The position numbers and the translations under genes were made by a program. A stretch of DNA of 64,000 bases from Callorhinchus milii. Taxonomy: Eukaryota. The notes under the pieces were generated by a model. The model was not told the DNA's origin. It did no database searches and saw only the letters and a program-made list of their open reading frames with translations. Below are positions 24,720 through 37,814 of the stretch, one piece after another (within the stretch, counting starts at the first letter, position 1; each line of letters begins with the position of its first letter). The stretch covers positions 93,126,001-93,190,000 of the forward strand of contig NW_024704743.1 in NCBI RefSeq assembly GCF_018977255.1, written 5' to 3'.

Positions 24720-26680
24720 CTGCATGTGCATTTTGTCTGCCATCACCGACCCAACCTGCCTTCCTCAAAATGCTCCCACCCCTGTCCTCTACCCTGCACT
24801 ACTCCTGATCGTTCCTCCTTTCCAACCATCCTCCCCGACTCCTATCCCTGCTCAACCGCACCACAGCCTCCCTCTGCTTCAGCTTGCGAATCCTCCGTTG
24901 GGCTCACTGTGGCAGATGCTGCTGGCTGTCCAACAGCAGCCACTCTGAACGCACTATCCCCATTCTCACCGCAAGGCTCATCGGTCCCTGACCTCTCTTC
25001 CGTCATCCACATACCCAACCTCCCTGTCAATCCTCCCCTTCCCTACCCTCGTCCCCCATATTCCGCCACCAACTGTCTCCTCCATATCAGCCTACAAAAT
25101 GTCCACTACCTCTGCAATAAAACACTTACCATCCAAGATCTCATTGTCGACGAAAACTTCGAAATCCTCACTCTCACTGAAACCTGCGTCATTCCAAATA
25201 TCACCTTACCCCTGACAGAGGCCACACCACCTGGCTACACCTTCCACCATACCGCATGACCTAACTGCCATGGTATGGCTCTCATCTCCTGGTTCCCACT
25301 CAGCCTATCCCCTTACTCCTCGGAACCTTCCCCTCCTTTGAGCACCTCACCTTATCGCCCCTCCAACTTTTCCCTCAAAATTCTCCTTAACTATCAACCT
25401 CCCCCCAAGCCCTCCCCAACCTTCCTCCCGGAAATCTCCACCCTCCTATCTACCATCTCCTTCTGCTCTGAATGCCTTTTCATCCTAGGCGACTTGAACC
25501 TTCACTCCATCCTGGTCTATCTCTGCTAAGTTCTCCTCCTTCCTCCCTCAACCTCTCCCTCCACTCCGCCACCCACGTCCGCAGTCACCCCCTCAACCTA
25601 CTGATCACCCGGGGCCTTACCATCTCAGACCTCACCATCACCGACAAAGCCATCACGGACTATCACTTCATCTCCCTTAACTCCTCGATCCCTCTTCCCA
25701 CCACCACCCAATCCATTTCATCTCCTACCCCTAGAAAACAAATCTCCCCCTCTCCCACTTCCTCTCCCCTGCCTTGGAGTCATCTGAACTCATTCTCCTC
25801 TGGGCTACCTCCTGCAATGATCTGTCCTCCTTGGTCACTCTCCTCCACAACTCCCTCTCCACCACCCTCGATGCCCTTGCTCCCCACACTTCCCGAACCA
25901 TCTCCTACTCACGAAAGTCACCATGGTACACCAGCCACCTCCACTCCCTTAAGGCACAGGTGCATGCTGCTGAATGCACCTGGCTCAAATCCAACAGGTT
26001 CCTCTTCTTCATCACCAACCGGCTTCTCCGCTCAGCCCATCCTCTTCTCCAATGCCAACTGGAGTGGATGCTGGACTTCCTCAAAACCAAAGTCAAGGGA
26101 ATTCACTCAGGTGCCTCTGCACTTCCGTCTACTACCCTCTCCCCATCATTCCTCACGCCCCAGCCCCTGCCCATCCCTCCTTCCACACCTTCGAACTTGT
26201 CTCCCACTCCTCTCTCACCACCACTATAACCCACATGAAACTGTCCACCTACTCCCTCGACCCCATCCCTACCCCTCTCCTTACCTCCCAGCTCCACCTC
26301 CTTGCCCCTCTACTCACAGACATCATAAACCTCTCCCTGTCCACGGCACCATTCCCACCCCTTTAAAAACGTCCGTCATACTCCTATCATTAAAATACCC
26401 ACCTTGGACCTATCCCTGCTCTCAAACCACCGCCCCATCTCCAACCTCCTTTTCCTTTCCAAGGTTCTCGAACAAGTCGTTGCTTCCCAGCTTTGCTCCT
26501 TCCTCTCTGGAACTACCTTCACGAACCCCTCCAATCAAACTCCCTGCTTGTCAGCCTCTCCAACTCCTCCCTCCATAGGCTTCAGATCATCCAGAACTCC
26601 ACAGCCCATGTCCTCTTCTGCACCAGGCTCTGTGACCGTATCACCCCCATACACCCATCACACCAATTTTGTTATTGTTG
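24720..26680 (+). mobile_element. L2 LINE with APE endonuclease region and internal deletion of the RT core
   Basis: LQNVHYLCNK...ILTLTET...PPGYTFHH and ILGDLNLH (APE), then NHRPISNLLFLSKVLE; jumps from EPLQS to NSLL...LQIIQNS at ~26536. Confidence 0.9.
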
Positions 26681-28322
26681 TTTACGCATATTTTGTGAAG
26701 TGTTTTGCGACTTCTCAAAGATGTGATAAGGCACTATATCAAATGCAAGAATTATTATTAGTAGTGGTATTAAATCCTCTCTCCTGTGTCCTCTGAGGGA
26801 ATGAAGAAACAGCGTCTAAAGTTCTGGCTAAGGTGTACCTCCCAGATGTTATGGTTCTGTGGGAGATCTCTCTGTACAAAATATTGCCTCCTGTATCTGC
26901 TGTACACTGATAATCTGCTTCCCAAAGAGAAATCAGTTTAAGCTAAAGAGCAAGCAGTTCTGGCTTTCGAGTCCTGAGGCATTCCACATGACTGTTTGTG
27001 GGACACTGCTGTGTACAATTGGCTGCCACGTTTCACCCACAAAACATAAAGTCGATTCACTTCACAGCATAATGCACTTTGAGACATCTCGACGATGTGA
27101 TAAGGTGCTATATTAAATGCAAGGATTATTATTATGAATATTATTATTACTATTAACTAGTCATCTTCTTCCCACAGTTGAATGAACTACTTTGGAAACT
27201 TGACATTTGTAGCAATTTGTTCCAATCATGTATTTGCACAGGAACACATTTTGTAATTAAGCCATTTAGTTTTTTGCTGCCACTGCTTTAAATGGCATTT
27301 CTACCCATTTACCACCAGGTGTAGAGAGGGTAGAAAGTAATTTATATAAGTCAAGTGGCTTGCTTCCAGTAGTTAAGCTATTAATTGTCAATTATTGTAG
27401 TAGAATTCTACTCAGAATATTTTTTTCTAGTTGATGCATTTCTTATTATTGGGAATGTTTTACCATGATGATGCCAGGTCATCAGGGATTCCAGATCAGT
27501 TCAGATAGTATGTTGGATAGGATAATTTATTCATTCTTGAAAGATAATGTTAGGTCAATTGATGATAAGGGTCTTTTCCGGTCCTGAAGATTTCTTTATT
27601 CTGAATGTACCTCAAGTTCTGTCAAGTACTGACAGATCCTTTCCATTCAGGCACTGCCACATGTGTTGTTCCATCCTGAATCCAAATCACAAGGAGAGTA
27701 CAAATTCAGGCCTGAGTATTCCAAGTTCATAAGTATAAGATAGTTCTGTTAGAATGGCACTAGATTAAGAAGGCTGCTAAAACATCCTGAGTAAGTTGTT
27801 CTTGGCATAAAAATGATGCATCTTGGGAATATATACTATTGCAATGCTTTGTTAGTATGAAACATATATTTGTATTAGATTTTGTTATGTATATTTGACA
27901 TTAGATTTTGTTAAGTTGACAACTATTCTGTTTTATTATGCATTTTGTCTATAATCGAAATTGCGTAACTTTTGTGCTCCTGTATCTTTAAATGAAGTTC
28001 TGCTGAGAACTTTTATAACTTTGATAGAAATGAATTATGTCAGTTTTTCCTTAATTTAATGTCCCTGGTCGATCTGGTATAGTCATGTGGGGAACAGTTA
28101 GAACAGTATGTGAAAGATAGTGGGGGAAGGTGAGAAGTAAGAACAATGAAATGGTATCTGTCAGCCAAACCAGATGGTCTTGAAGGTCACGAAAACTTGT
28201 TTGTTCCTACTTATAAATATCGGGCACTAACCAGCCTTAAGTTAGAACAGACCAGTGAAAAAAANTCATTTAAAGAAAGATTAAAACTCCTGTTACTATT
28301 TATTCTGTTCTCTGGATTGGTA

Positions 28323-28770
28323 ACAATAGCAACTTGCATTTATTTAGTGCTTCTTACGCAGGGGCCAGAGTGCTTGACAGTGGAGGAGCATGACACTGAG
28401 GCGGGTGGAGGGGGACGTGGCCATAGGCACAGTCGAATAGGAAGGTCTTCAGTCTTCATCAGATGAGGAAGGGACAAGACAGAGGAATAGAGGAAGAGTG
28501 TTCCAGGGTTTCGGGGCATAGTGGCTGAAAGCGCAGCCACCAATGGTGGAATGGAGGGCACAAGGGCTATTGCAGAAGGCTGGAGTCAATCGAGGGGAGG
28601 CAGCAGGTTGTGGATAAGCAGGTCCGAGAGGTAGGGAGGTGCTAGGGCATAACGTGATTTGAAAACAAGTGTGAGGATCTTGAAATCGATCCATTTGGCG
28701 ATAGTGGAGCCTGGCTAGAACTGGTGTGATGGGTGTATGGAATTGAGTATGCAAGCGGCGGAGTTTTAGA
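28323..28770 (-). mobile_element. L2 3' fragment
   Basis: TPITPVLARLH motif, L2 tail. Confidence 0.85.
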
Positions 28771-30354
28771 TCAATATATCTTTCTGTAATTGATAAACTA
28801 TTTGCAACCCACGCAAACACTCTGTGAGCTTGTTTATGTCAGGTCTGATTCCACTGACGACTTATGTCAGCTGAATCCACTGACGCCTTAAGTCAACATT
28901 GTGTAAACACACCACAAATATATTTCTGAATCCCACAGTTGTTGTAATGAATTGCAATGAATCAAAATTATTCTGACTAGGCCAGAGCAGTGTATAGGTC
29001 AACAACCATGAGTTAACATGAAAGATTTCTCAGTGATGTGATGACAACATGCATAGAACAAAATCATATATCACAGCTTAATATTGCTGGTGAAGTTTGA
29101 TTTACTATCATTCTAGAAGTTGTCAAATAGATCTTACAGTAGCCATCTGCTTCAGTCAGCATTTGGTCCTATTCCAAATGTATCATTTTAAGGGCCATTG
29201 GCTCACATTGATTAAAATTGCCAAGAATTTGCACTTTTCACAATATAAATAATTCTACAGTTTATTTTGTTATATTGAAAAAGTGGCACAGTTTTAGACC
29301 ATTCTGTACTCAGCCTCTGCCAAAGAAACATATCTTATTTGATAATCTACTCACATGCATGCACGGGTAAGTGTGTGTGTGCAGGTTGAAAAACAATGCC
29401 AGGATTATTAGGTTGAGAAAAAGTATTACCTTTCAATAGTTTGTGTTCATCAAACATCCTGATAGGTATTATTCCACCCAACAAGCCTTGTTTTGGAAGA
29501 ACCTCAATGCAAAAATTAAAATTACAACTATTTCAGAATCTATTAAGTTTATATGCTGTTCTAAAAGTAATGCCACATTCTGCCATGCTCTAACTGACCA
29601 CAAATAATAATAATGATATTAATAATCCTTGATTTGATATAGCGCTTTTTACGTCTTCTTGATGTCTCAAAGCGCTTCACAGAATAGACTATAAAGTGAA
29701 TTGACTGTATATTTGTGGGCGAAGATATTATATTCTGTACAAATCAATTGGATGTAAAGCAATTTCACTGTGGGTCTCAAACAGGTCAACTATTGAGGTC
29801 TGCAAGTAATAAAAATAAAGTGCAATATAATTTTCCTTTCATTAAATGAGTAGCTTAATCTACATCAACCAACTTGCAGATCCGTGGGATGAGTTTACCA
29901 ATTTATTACTGAATTAAGCCCAGTCTATTTTATCTGCGCAATTCCACTAGGAAGTATGTAAAGACAGCCTCAATCCTCATTTTGGTACCAATTATCCTCA
30001 CAATAACAGTGCCCTCAAAGGTGGGCTATGTGGTTTTAGCTGCTTAAACTCTAGCATTATCCCAACATACACTCTGGGATTTCCATGCCTTGCTTCTTGT
30101 CAATCTAGGTAAGTGGGTTTCCCCTCTTAGAACAGACTATAACCAACAGACAGAAGTTTCTATCCCAGCAGTCTGCCTAGATTCAAATGAAAATTCTAGA
30201 AGTGAAGCACCTTTACCTAATGTAAACTTAATCTGGCCCTCTGTATCTTTTGCTGTAAATTTGATTGCTGGATTTTGTTTCACCAATAACAAAAAAGACT
30301 TTGTTAAAATTTTTTCCAATAATGACGATGTTCTTTAATTGCTAATAATACTCA

Positions 30355-30765
30355 CATTTCATATAGCATCATGATAAAATGAATGAAAACACTTCATAGA
30401 GAATTACTATCAACTGTAGTGACTGTGCATGTATAGACAAATGCAGCAGCCAATTTACTCACAGCGTTGATCCACAAATAGTCATAAAATGAACGATCAA
30501 TTAATCTGGAGATTTGTTGGCCAGGACATCTGGGGAAACTCATCTTTTTTAAATAGTGTCGTAGGATCTTTAACATCCCCCTGAAGATACAAACAAGACC
30601 CTAGATTCCTGCCTCTACTGGAAGATGACACCTCCGACAATGCAGCACTCCATCACAATGATGCACTGGGATGACAGTCTGGGCTGTGAATTGGATGTCC
30701 TAAAATGGAGATTTAACCCACAGCTTTCAGTCTCACAGAGTGTTGCCAAATGAGACAGGCTGACA
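30355..30765 (-). mobile_element. Deu-domain SINE
   Basis: Reverse-complement match to 31470-31865 and 16585-16885. Confidence 0.75.
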
Positions 30766-31469
30766 TATAATGACACACAATCTGCTTTCAGACAAATTAT
30801 TCAATGATTGCTTTATTTTTTTCAATGTATTATCACCGCTGGTTGCATATATTTGACTTTAGGATATTTTAGCATTTTGATCAGTTTTATATTTTAATTA
30901 TTAAATTAACTAGTCTTGGTGCAGTCATGCTTGTGGGACCATAATTCCTTAACACATCAGTTCTGTTTGCTAATTATGATAAGCTTGTATCCTGACATAT
31001 CCATATGAATCATAAATATTATTTAATTGGCATCTCTTAAGACAGAACAAGAATTATCTTAAAAATATGTACATATTCCACCTTCAGTGCCCCTACAGTT
31101 TCTTTGTGTCTCACACCCTGCCTGGCTGAAGGACAAGCTGGAAATTTGTTCCTTGGCCTCTACCAGTCAACAGAAGGTAGACAAGAGAAGCTTGGAGTGG
31201 CTCGCTCTTTGGTTTTACCTTTTCGTACTCTGTGGGGTGAAGCACTTTCCATCTGTTTAATACATCCAGATGTTGCACAGCTGAGATCCAAATATCACCA
31301 TATAGTGAATTACTCCATTGTCCAGTGCATTGATCTCCAACGTGCTGCACTGCTGTTCTGATCTTCATCTTAATAGTTTGCTCAATTTAATTGAACTTGC
31401 CAGGCCCAGCATGATGCCAAGCGACCATAAGTTATGTGATCACTGTTTAGTAAACTCTTTATAATTTGG

Positions 31470-31865
31470 CACATACACTCTTGCCTTTGAGTCAAAAGGT
31501 TGTGGGTTCAAGCCCCATGTCAGGCCTTTGAACTCATACAGTTTAGGCTGACACGACAGTACTGGGGGATAGGGATACTGCATTGCTTCAGATGAGATGT
31601 TTAACCAAGATTTTTGCTGTTTGTTCAGGTGAGCGTTAAAGAGAAGGGATCTTTGAAAAAAAAGAAGAGTGTTCTCTCGATGTCCTGGCCAATAATTCCC
31701 CAGATAAAACTGGTCACTCACTTCATGGCTGTTTATGGGACATTTCTGCTCACAAATTGGTTGCTGTGTTCACCTATGTAAATATACAATCACTACACTG
31801 TACAGTAGATGATATGAAATGCTTTGAGATGCTTTGACGATGTGATATGGCACTAAATACAAAAA
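31470..31865 (+). mobile_element. Deu-domain SINE, near full length
   Basis: Head tgagtcaaaaggttgtgggttcaagccc, Deu core gatgagatgtttaaccaag...tgtcctggccaata, shared tail. Confidence 0.8.
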
Positions 31866-32549
31866 AATTATTGTGGTTTGTATCATTGTTCGACATTTCT
31901 GTACGTAATACTTGAGCATATTTCCTCATGAAAATAAAGTGAAAACTGCCTAAGAGAAAGAATGAAAACATTGAGACTGGGACCTTTCTTTGTTTCCTCA
32001 TCTAGTGCACACATGAATTGTAATCTAGGATTGATTTAATATTTACTGTCATGTTGCTTCTCTTAGTCTCATTGTTTTTCCTCACTACTATTCTTTGACT
32101 ATTTTCACATTATTTTTTACACAGAATTACATAGAACATTACAGCACAGAAACAAATTGGTCAGCTCAACTAGTCTGTGTCAGTGTTTATACTCAATATG
32201 AGCCTCCATCCCTCCTAATCACCTCTCCATTTCCACACCTTACATTCTTTCATGTACGCATATATCCCTCATACAACACACCACGTTAATTAATACCTTA
32301 GTACTTTTTTAATGATTTGTAGAGAAGTCAACAGCTAAAATGTGGTATTTATTTCAATAAAATAAATACATTATTAGTTTGTTTTATTAAAAATATAGTA
32401 CATAAGTCATACTGTTACCAAATAAAAATTGTGAGATCTGTACAACTTATATACAGGTGCAATTACTATACTAGATACTCACCCTTGTCAACAACAACAA
32501 CAACAAAATTACATTTATAGAGCGCCCTTCGCGTCCCAAAGCACTGAAC

Positions 32550-32915
32550 AGTCAAATGCCTCCATTCCTTTGCACCCCCCTACCTCTCTGACCTCCTCTC
32601 TCCTCACAACAATGCCCGTTGCCTTCGCTCCACCAGGACTGACCTCCTCCTTGTCCCCCGAATCCTCCGCTCCACCATCGGCAGCCGTGCCTTCAGCCAC
32701 TACGCCCCGAGGCTCTGGAACTCCCTTCCTCACTCCCTTCGCCTCGCCCCCTCTCTTCCCACTTTTAGGTCTCGGCTGAAGACCTTTCTTTTCGAGCGCG
32801 CCTTTGGTCACCTTCCTCACACTCCCCCTGCCTCGGCCCCGGGATCCGTTCCTATGAAGCGCTCTGAGACACCGTCCGAAGTGGACGGCGCTATATAAAT
32901 CCAAGTTTTTGTTGT
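32550..32915 (+). mobile_element. L2 3' fragment (third tail type, related to 37815-38985)
   Basis: tccaccatcggcagccgtgccttcagcc...aaatccaagtttttgttg. A minus-strand L2 tail abuts it at ~32488-32550. Confidence 0.88.
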
Positions 32916-34244
32916 AGATTTTATACATTTTTGCTCTTCCAACATTTTGGAATGGGAAATGCAGGAACAACAACTTCAATTCATGTAGCACCCTTCATGT
33001 AGGATAGTTTCTCGAATCAATGAACTTACAATCCTGTCTTGCAGACTTACAAGATTATACAAAATAAAGTTCCTTTTCTTCCTGAGATAAGATGACATTC
33101 AGACATCTATCCAATATCTATTACAAGGACTGTGGGAAAGTACCCCACGTGAAAGCTGCTTATAAATGCAAGTTGTTGTTGTTGTATGTGTTCTGAAGGA
33201 ATTTCAAGAATTGTGGATAAGATGGGTGTCTGTCACACATGGAAACCCATCACAATCACTAAGAATATTCAAACCAAAAATCTCACAGTTCCACATATGC
33301 AATGAAGCTTCTGCTCTCTTCCTGGAAGGAAGCTCTCATGATTTTGTATATTTGTTTGGCTTCAGCTTTATCGAATGCCCTGCATTAACCCGTGTACTTT
33401 CAAAGCAGCTGCTACTTTCAGTTGCACCCTGGGTCACTGCTTAATCCCATACAGCATGCGTTACTTCCCATAGGTACAAACAACAAGCTCAGACTGGCCT
33501 GGAATGGACAATTTGCAAACCAGGATTTTGTTTCTCAGTTTCATAGTTTTATTTCTGTTGGGAATCAGCATTTTCTCCTTCTTATGTTGCTTTTCTTATT
33601 ACTTGTACCTCCTATCCCTTTCCTGCTTTGATTTTCCTTCTCACTCATCAATCTCCAAGTTCTTGTTGACGAGTCCCTGAACTACACATTACAGATACAC
33701 TACAACAAAATTACTGCATAAATTTACTAAGATGTTCAGACAATATCCAATCACATATATTTTCTTTAGGAAGTTCTGATATTTTAGGAGCATTTTCTAA
33801 ATTCCAAATCCCTGAAGATCCTGTAGATTAGGCAGGCTCATTTTTTTCACAAGAAACAACGAATATTCTTGTTTAATTTCCTCCTTCCAGAATACCCACT
33901 GTATTATCTACTCATTACAGCATCAAAATATTTCTTAAACAAGTCAAGTGCTCTGGCCTAAACCACTGCTCCCAGTAACCCATGAGAGCTGTTCATTACT
34001 CTCTGTATTTAATAATTTCCGGCTTTTAACTGACTGTTAAAAGAAAGTAATAAACTGGCTTCTAACATGCTGAATTTGTGACCTCTCAATTATTGCATTA
34101 CTATTTCTGAACATTTTGTTGCTGCTTTTTAAAAAATATATTCTATGAAGCATCGACGGTCATCTTTTTGAGCTATCTATAGTCATTTTCACTGCTCTTC
34201 CTTCAACATTGGAATCCGAATTGTTTAATTTCTCTGATCCTAGT

Positions 34245-34447
34245 CAAGTGGATGTTAAAGATCCCATGGCATTATTCTCCTAGTGACCTGTCTAACAATC
34301 CCACAAATATAAATTGGTCATTCATCTCATGGCTGTTTGTGGGACACTGCTGTGTACAAATTGGTTGCCACATTTGCCCAGAAAATAGTCATTTTGAGAC
34401 AAGCTCCCAATATGAAAGGCACTATATCAAATCCAAGGATTATTATT
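34245..34447 (+). mobile_element. Deu-domain SINE 3' part
   Basis: gtggatgttaaagatcccatggca followed by the shared tail. Confidence 0.7.
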
Positions 34448-35959
34448 GTATTATCATTAAGTCCTGTGTGACTCTCGTATGCCATAGAGATCAAAACTGT
34501 ACTCAGTAACTCCAGATAATGTCTGGCCCAGAGCACTATACAGTTTAAGCATAGCTTCTGGGGATCATTAAACTCAATTGATGGGATAGCATGACACAGC
34601 TTTCTGTTCACTTTTGCTATTTTGTTGTTATTGCTATTGGACATGATTAATGGTGCTTTACCTCTTTCTGTTTTTCAACTTGGGAACCCCTTGAAGAATG
34701 TAAATTCCCTGACTTTATTGTGATGTACAAATAAATTATTCAGGATTAAATAAGATAACTACATTTGTTCAACATGGTATCAAAGTGTTAAATTATTCTT
34801 CTTTTCTCATTTGTATAATTGTGGTGGCTATTGTGAATAATAAAATATTCATTAACTCTTGTTTTAAATTCATCTCAAAATAATTGGTTTAAATGTTCAA
34901 AATTGTTTGATGATTGAGGGTTGGTTGTCACACATGATTAGCTTCTTACATTTTGCCAATATTTCATACAAAGGTATCAAGACCATTTCCAACGGGCCAT
35001 TTCTACTAGAGTTAGAGCTGATTCAGAGCAATTTGTGTATTGAACCATCGCCAGCTCTGCAGTATAACAGGGAGGAAGGTTCACATTGTTTTAGTTTCCT
35101 ACTGCAGTATTATAACCGCAGCCAATGTGAAGAGAATTTTTAAACTCCTAAAATAAAAGTTTAAAGACTTACGTATCATCTTGTCAATCTCTTGCATAGT
35201 AACCCTGAGTAGCGCAAGGTGGTTTAAAATATTTACATCTGGGTCATGGGGTCAATTAATCTTTACTAAACTTCGGACTACAATAAGGTGATCATTAAAG
35301 GTATGGGTTTAGCAATCATAATTAATGAAATATATATAAAGACAATTATTAGCAGATGAATAGAATCATGCATAAATCTATAGTAATAAAATGACAATGT
35401 CTGTCTGCGCTTCAAGAAGGATCTCAATAACCGATTGATGTAGAGACATGATTTATACCTCATCAGAAATGCCTTGCCCTTGGGAGTGATATGGGCATAT
35501 TTGTTTTCAGGTATTTCCTATCTTGCAGCAGTTATTTTCAGTTTTGCCGTTTTAACTGCAGTTCCACCTGGTGGCCACTGAGTCAAAGTGGCGCTGTGGC
35601 ATCGTGCATCACAGAGAACCTACATATGTACTCATACACTGCAGTTCCGCCTGGTGGCCACGCCGGCTGACCTTGGCGCTGTGGCATCCTGCGTCACAGA
35701 GCACGTATGTAGCCAGGCGACAGGAACAAAATAAAGAACACAGACAAAGCTAAGCCGTAGCAACAACAACAAAATTACATTTTTAAACCACCGAATCCTC
35801 CCACTGGGTCCTCCCAAAAGAAGTCCTCCCACAGGTGTCCTCCTCGATGAGTATCGATAAAGATGAAGTGCCTGTCTGTGTCAATCTGCAATCATATTGG
35901 ATCCTTTGGTTGCAAGAGAAGCTGCAACGGGTACAGCTAGTATCATATAAAGTATTTTC

Positions 35960-36134
35960 TTCGACCGCACCTTCAGCTCCCTTCTCGACTCTCTACCCCC
36001 TCCTCGCTCCCTCCCTTCCCTCCCCTCACTCTGACCATTTTCCCCTGCTTGTTTCCCGACCCAATTGTCCAGCGCCTTGGGACGTCCTCTCGACGTGAAA
36101 GACGCTCTATAAATGAAATCTTGTTGTTGTTGTT
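35960..36134 (+). mobile_element. L2 3' end
   Basis: Near-identical to 55351-55490; (TTG)n tail. Confidence 0.88.
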
Positions 36135-36341
36135 ATCAAAGTTCCTTCCACATACAAAGGGGCATTAACATTTTAAGATTATTGCTGACTAATTAACTGT
36201 AAAGCATAAATAATGTCATTAATACCTAGATACCCACATATCTATGTCACGTATAAAGTATAGCCAAGTGTGTACATATTAAAAAAAAACAGAGATATAC
36301 AGAATTACTGCTCTTCCTAATTCCACTGTTCACAAGGTGGA

Positions 36342-36890
36342 CCACAAATATACAGTCAATTCACTTTACAGTGTGTTCTGTGAAGCGCTTTGGGACGTCC
36401 TCCCGCGTGTAAAACGCTATATCAAATGCAAGGATTATTATTATTATTATTATTAAGGTCCAGCTAATAAATTGCCTGTTTCCTAACCCACACCAAACTC
36501 CACACTTCCATTTAGTCCAATCTTTGTCAGAATCCATCGGCTCTGAGATGATCGACTTCAAGATCCTTATCTTCACATATTAATCCCTTTATGCCGTGTA
36601 CCTCCTAACCTCTCTTACCCCACTCCTCCCCATGCTCACTCTGTTCAGCTGACACAAGCTTGCTGCATGTCCATTACTTTTGCCTGTAGCCAAGCCTTCA
36701 GTCACTATGCCCCAAACCTCTGGAATTCTCTGCCTCTATCCCCCTGCCTCAACCCTCTTTTTCTTTAAATCTCATCTGAACACCTACCTCTTCAATCTCA
36801 CCTATGCCCAGCTCCCTCTTGCTTGGAGTCCAACCCCCACCACTGTCCAGAGCTCTGAGACACTAACCTACATGAAGGGCACAATATATA
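36342..36890 (+). mobile_element. SINE tail (36342-36454) followed by a decayed L2 3' fragment
   Basis: Shared SINE tail with (TTA)n, then gacttcaagatccttatcttcac and an L2 end. Confidence 0.75.
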
Positions 36891-36999
36891 TGCACAAATT
36901 CCCCCATAAAATGACCACAGATATATAAAGAATAAAAAATAATGGTAATGTTGTGGCAATGGCAGCCACAAATAACATACATTTCAATAGACTGTGAAT

Positions 37000-37610
37000 C
37001 TGCAGTAGGTCTTGATGCAACTGTATAGGGCCCTGGTGAGACCACACCTGGAATACTGTGTCCAGTTTTGGTCTCCTCATTTAAGGAAGGATGTACTTGC
37101 CTTGGAGGGGGTGCAGTGTAGATTTACTAGGTTAGTACCAGGGATGAAGGGGTTGAGTTATGAGGATAGGCTGACCAATTTGGGCCTATATTCTCTAGAA
37201 TATAGAAGAATTAGAGGGGATCTTATAGAAACCTATAAGATCATCAAAGGGCATGAAAGAGTAGATAGTGGGAGATTGTTTCCCCTGGTTGGAGAAACTA
37301 AAACCAGGGGTCACAAACTTAAAATCAGAGGCCAGCCCTTTCGCACCGAGTTGAGGAAGAACTTCTTCACTCAAAGAGTGGTGAATGTATGGAACCCATT
37401 ACCCCAAAGGGCTGTTGACGCTCAGTCCTTGAACATATTCAAGACTGAGATAGATAAGATTTCTTATTGCAAAAGGGATGAAGGGATATAGGGATAAGGC
37501 AGGGTCAGGTTATTAGCTGGAGTTAGATTACAAGATCAGCCATGATTGAATGGCGGGGCAGGCTCGAAGGGCTGAATGGCTTATCCTGCTCTTACATGTT
37601 ATGTTATGTT
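37000..37610 (+). mobile_element. CR1 LINE 3' end
   Basis: LYRALVRPHLEYCVQFWSP...TRGHKLK...FFTQRVVNVWNPLP; (ATGTT)n tail. Confidence 0.95.
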
Positions 37611-37814
37611 AGCTCCTTGAAGGTGTTTTATCTGGAGCAACAGATGGATGATCGTTTGTACCTTTCAAACATGGTCAAAATGTTTTCCTGTGATCTGTGA
37701 AGAAGCTTGTCACTCAAGTTGAAGAGACTGTAAGTAGTGTGGTCAGCTGGGGTGGATTATCTTCTAGGTCAGATTCAGTTTTAAGAAAGTGGAGAATGTG
37801 CAGATCTTTACCAA

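Noticed and set aside
25472..26578. 368-aa Pro/Ser-rich ORF
   Set aside because: Mostly off-frame reading of C-rich, decayed L2 sequence.
28265..28265. Single N base
   Set aside because: Assembly ambiguity with no biological meaning.
32488..32915. Back-to-back L2 ends suggesting twin-priming inversion (similar at 35760-36134)
   Set aside because: The two tails differ in sequence type and both are 3' ends, so independent insertions are simpler.
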